This document shows, in pieces, positions 62,531 through 64,000 of a stretch of 64,000 bases of DNA. Position 1 is the first letter of the stretch. Every line of letters begins with the position of its first letter. The notes beneath the pieces are model-generated. The model was not told the DNA's origin, did not search any database, and saw only the letters and a list, made by a program, of their open reading frames with translations. The translations under genes and the position numbers were made by a program. Location of the stretch: the NCBI GenBank assembly GCA_965153285.1, contig OZ229110.1. One strand, written 5' to 3'. The DNA is from Podarcis tiliguerta. Lineage: Eukaryota.

Positions 62531-62926
62531 GATTCCCTGACAAAACTTTCTCTCCGTGCAGACTTCCCTCGGTTCCTGCTTACCCCGTCTCCTGGCAGAG
62601 ATGACGTGGTTCCAACCTCTGCTGCCTCAGGCATAAGCTCTTCAGAGCACCCTCTGAACCACCCGCCTGCAGCCCTGACCAATGCTAGCCACATTATGGA
62701 GGACTGGAGCGATGCGGCCCAAACACCTTCTGAGGCTACCTCACTGAGGGCTGGACTGTTGCACAATGCCAACAACAATGCCTCCTCAGGGCCCTGGCGA
62801 GGCCTGAAGAGCCCATCCCTTTCTTCTGCTGTCTCCCATTCCAAACTAAGCTACCTGGAGCGTGTGGTCTTGGAGATTGTGGAGTCGGAACGCATGTATG
62901 TGCGGGATTTGCGAAGTATCATAGAG
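62531..62926 (+). CDS. PLEKHG3: PLEKHG3-like Rho guanine nucleotide exchange factor; exon containing the start of the DH domain (gene continues beyond the window)
   Basis: Acceptor TTTCAG|, donor GAG|GTAAGC; NANNNASS..SKLSYLERVVLEIVESERMYVRDLRSIIE resembles PLEKHG3 (NSNNNSSS..KLSYLGRVVREIVETERMYVQDLRSIVE); first in-frame ATG at 62696. Confidence 0.75.
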
Positions 62927-63452
62927 GTAAGCGCGCCCATAATACTTGCCTGCCTGTGAGGATGGAGTTCTTCAGTTCACTGCTGCAGTTTGTTCTGTCA
63001 TATAAGGACCTCCCATCTTTTGATCTGGGCATTAAAGATGTCTTCTATCTAGCTGTAGGAAAACCTGGCCTGGACAGAAGGTTAGGAGCTGGTGCCTGCA
63101 CGCCTTCCATCAGCCTTCAGGCCAAGAAAACCCCTCAGTATTTTACTGTGCAGAGTCCTTCTGCTTTGCCCTCAGCGGCGAACTTCACACACTGTTTCCC
63201 AAACAGGGATGTACTGATCATTATTTTCAGAGGCACAAAACACTTCCTGCTTGCCGTGTTGCAGTGTGCGAATGCAGCGCATTGTGTGCACTGCTATGGA
63301 CCTTGTTTATTTGCATGCTATGGCTGAAGGGCCAGGTAATTCTGGTGCTAATTATTTCCTGGTTTAGAGTATAGAAAGGGGCTTTCTGCCCTGTTGGGAC
63401 ACTGTTTAGGCTGAGTGTAGGAAACAGAGAGTGTATGGTGGGAGCTGTGGGC

Positions 63453-63865
63453 TTGAAAGACCTACATTGGCTCCCAGTACGTTTCCGAGCACAATTCAAA
63501 GTGTTGGTGCTGACCTTTAAAGCCCTAAATGGCCTCCGTCCAGTATACCTGAAGGAGCGTCTCCACCCACATCGTTCTGCCCGGACACTGAGGTCCAGTA
63601 CTGAGGGCCTTCTGGCGGTTCCCTCGCTGCGAGAAGCCAAGTTACAGGGAATCAGGCAGAGGGCCTTCTTGGTAGTGGCACCCGCCCTGTGGAAAACCCT
63701 CCCACCAGATGTCAAAGAGAAAAACAACTACCAGACTTTTAGAAGACATCTGAAGGCAGCCCTGTTTAGGGAAGCTTTTAATGTTTAATAGATTATTGTA
63801 TTTTAATATTCTGTTGGAAGCAGCCCAGAGTGGCTGGGAAATAATAAATTAATAATAATAATTAT
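63453..63865 (+). mobile_element. Young L2 LINE 3' end
   Basis: Uninterrupted ORF2 C-terminus LHWLPVRFRAQFKVLVLTFKALNG..APALWKTLP..FRRHLKAALF* followed by a short 3' UTR and (TAA)n tail. Confidence 0.85.
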
Positions 63866-64000
63866 GAATTATATTGGGGATGGGGGGCAGGTCTGAGGCC
63901 CTCCTGATGTTGGTGGCCTCCAATTAGCCCCAACCAACAGAGTCAACTGTCAGGAATGATGGGAGTTGCAGTCCAACAAGCTCTGGAGGGCCTCAGGTTC

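Noticed and set aside
1-64000. CRISPR arrays, operons, intronic snoRNAs or a novel multi-gene system
   Set aside because: Eukaryotic intron-exon DNA; no regularly spaced repeat array and no convincing sense-strand snoRNA box pair was seen (a covariance-model Rfam scan would be decisive)

Overview
Vertebrate genomic DNA, most likely from a squamate and probably a lacertid lizard, judged from the Sauria SINEs and the young L2 element. Three genes are present. (1) The first coding exon and CpG-island promoter of FNBP4 (minus strand, about 2.0-2.5 kb). (2) A complete NUP160 gene (minus strand, CDS 32823 down to 5743). I reconstructed 36 coding exons with consistent splice phases, giving 4206 nt and 1401 aa plus stop. 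It contains one U12-type (minor spliceosome) GT-AG intron and one GC-AG intron. (3) The 5' part of a divergently transcribed PLEKHG3-like RhoGEF gene: a CpG island at about 41.6-42.7 kb and an exon reaching the DH-domain start at 62531-62926. The rest is intronic or intergenic DNA rich in Sauria SINEs, hAT and Tc1/pogo-type MITEs, CR1/L1/L2 fragments, possible solo LTRs and microsatellites. I found no evidence for a wholly new biological system. The most interesting points are the two non-canonical NUP160 introns, the apparently displaced start codon and divergent N-terminus of the PLEKHG3-like gene, and a NUP160-PLEKHG3 adjacency that differs from human. Homology statements come from recalled protein sequences, not from searches.
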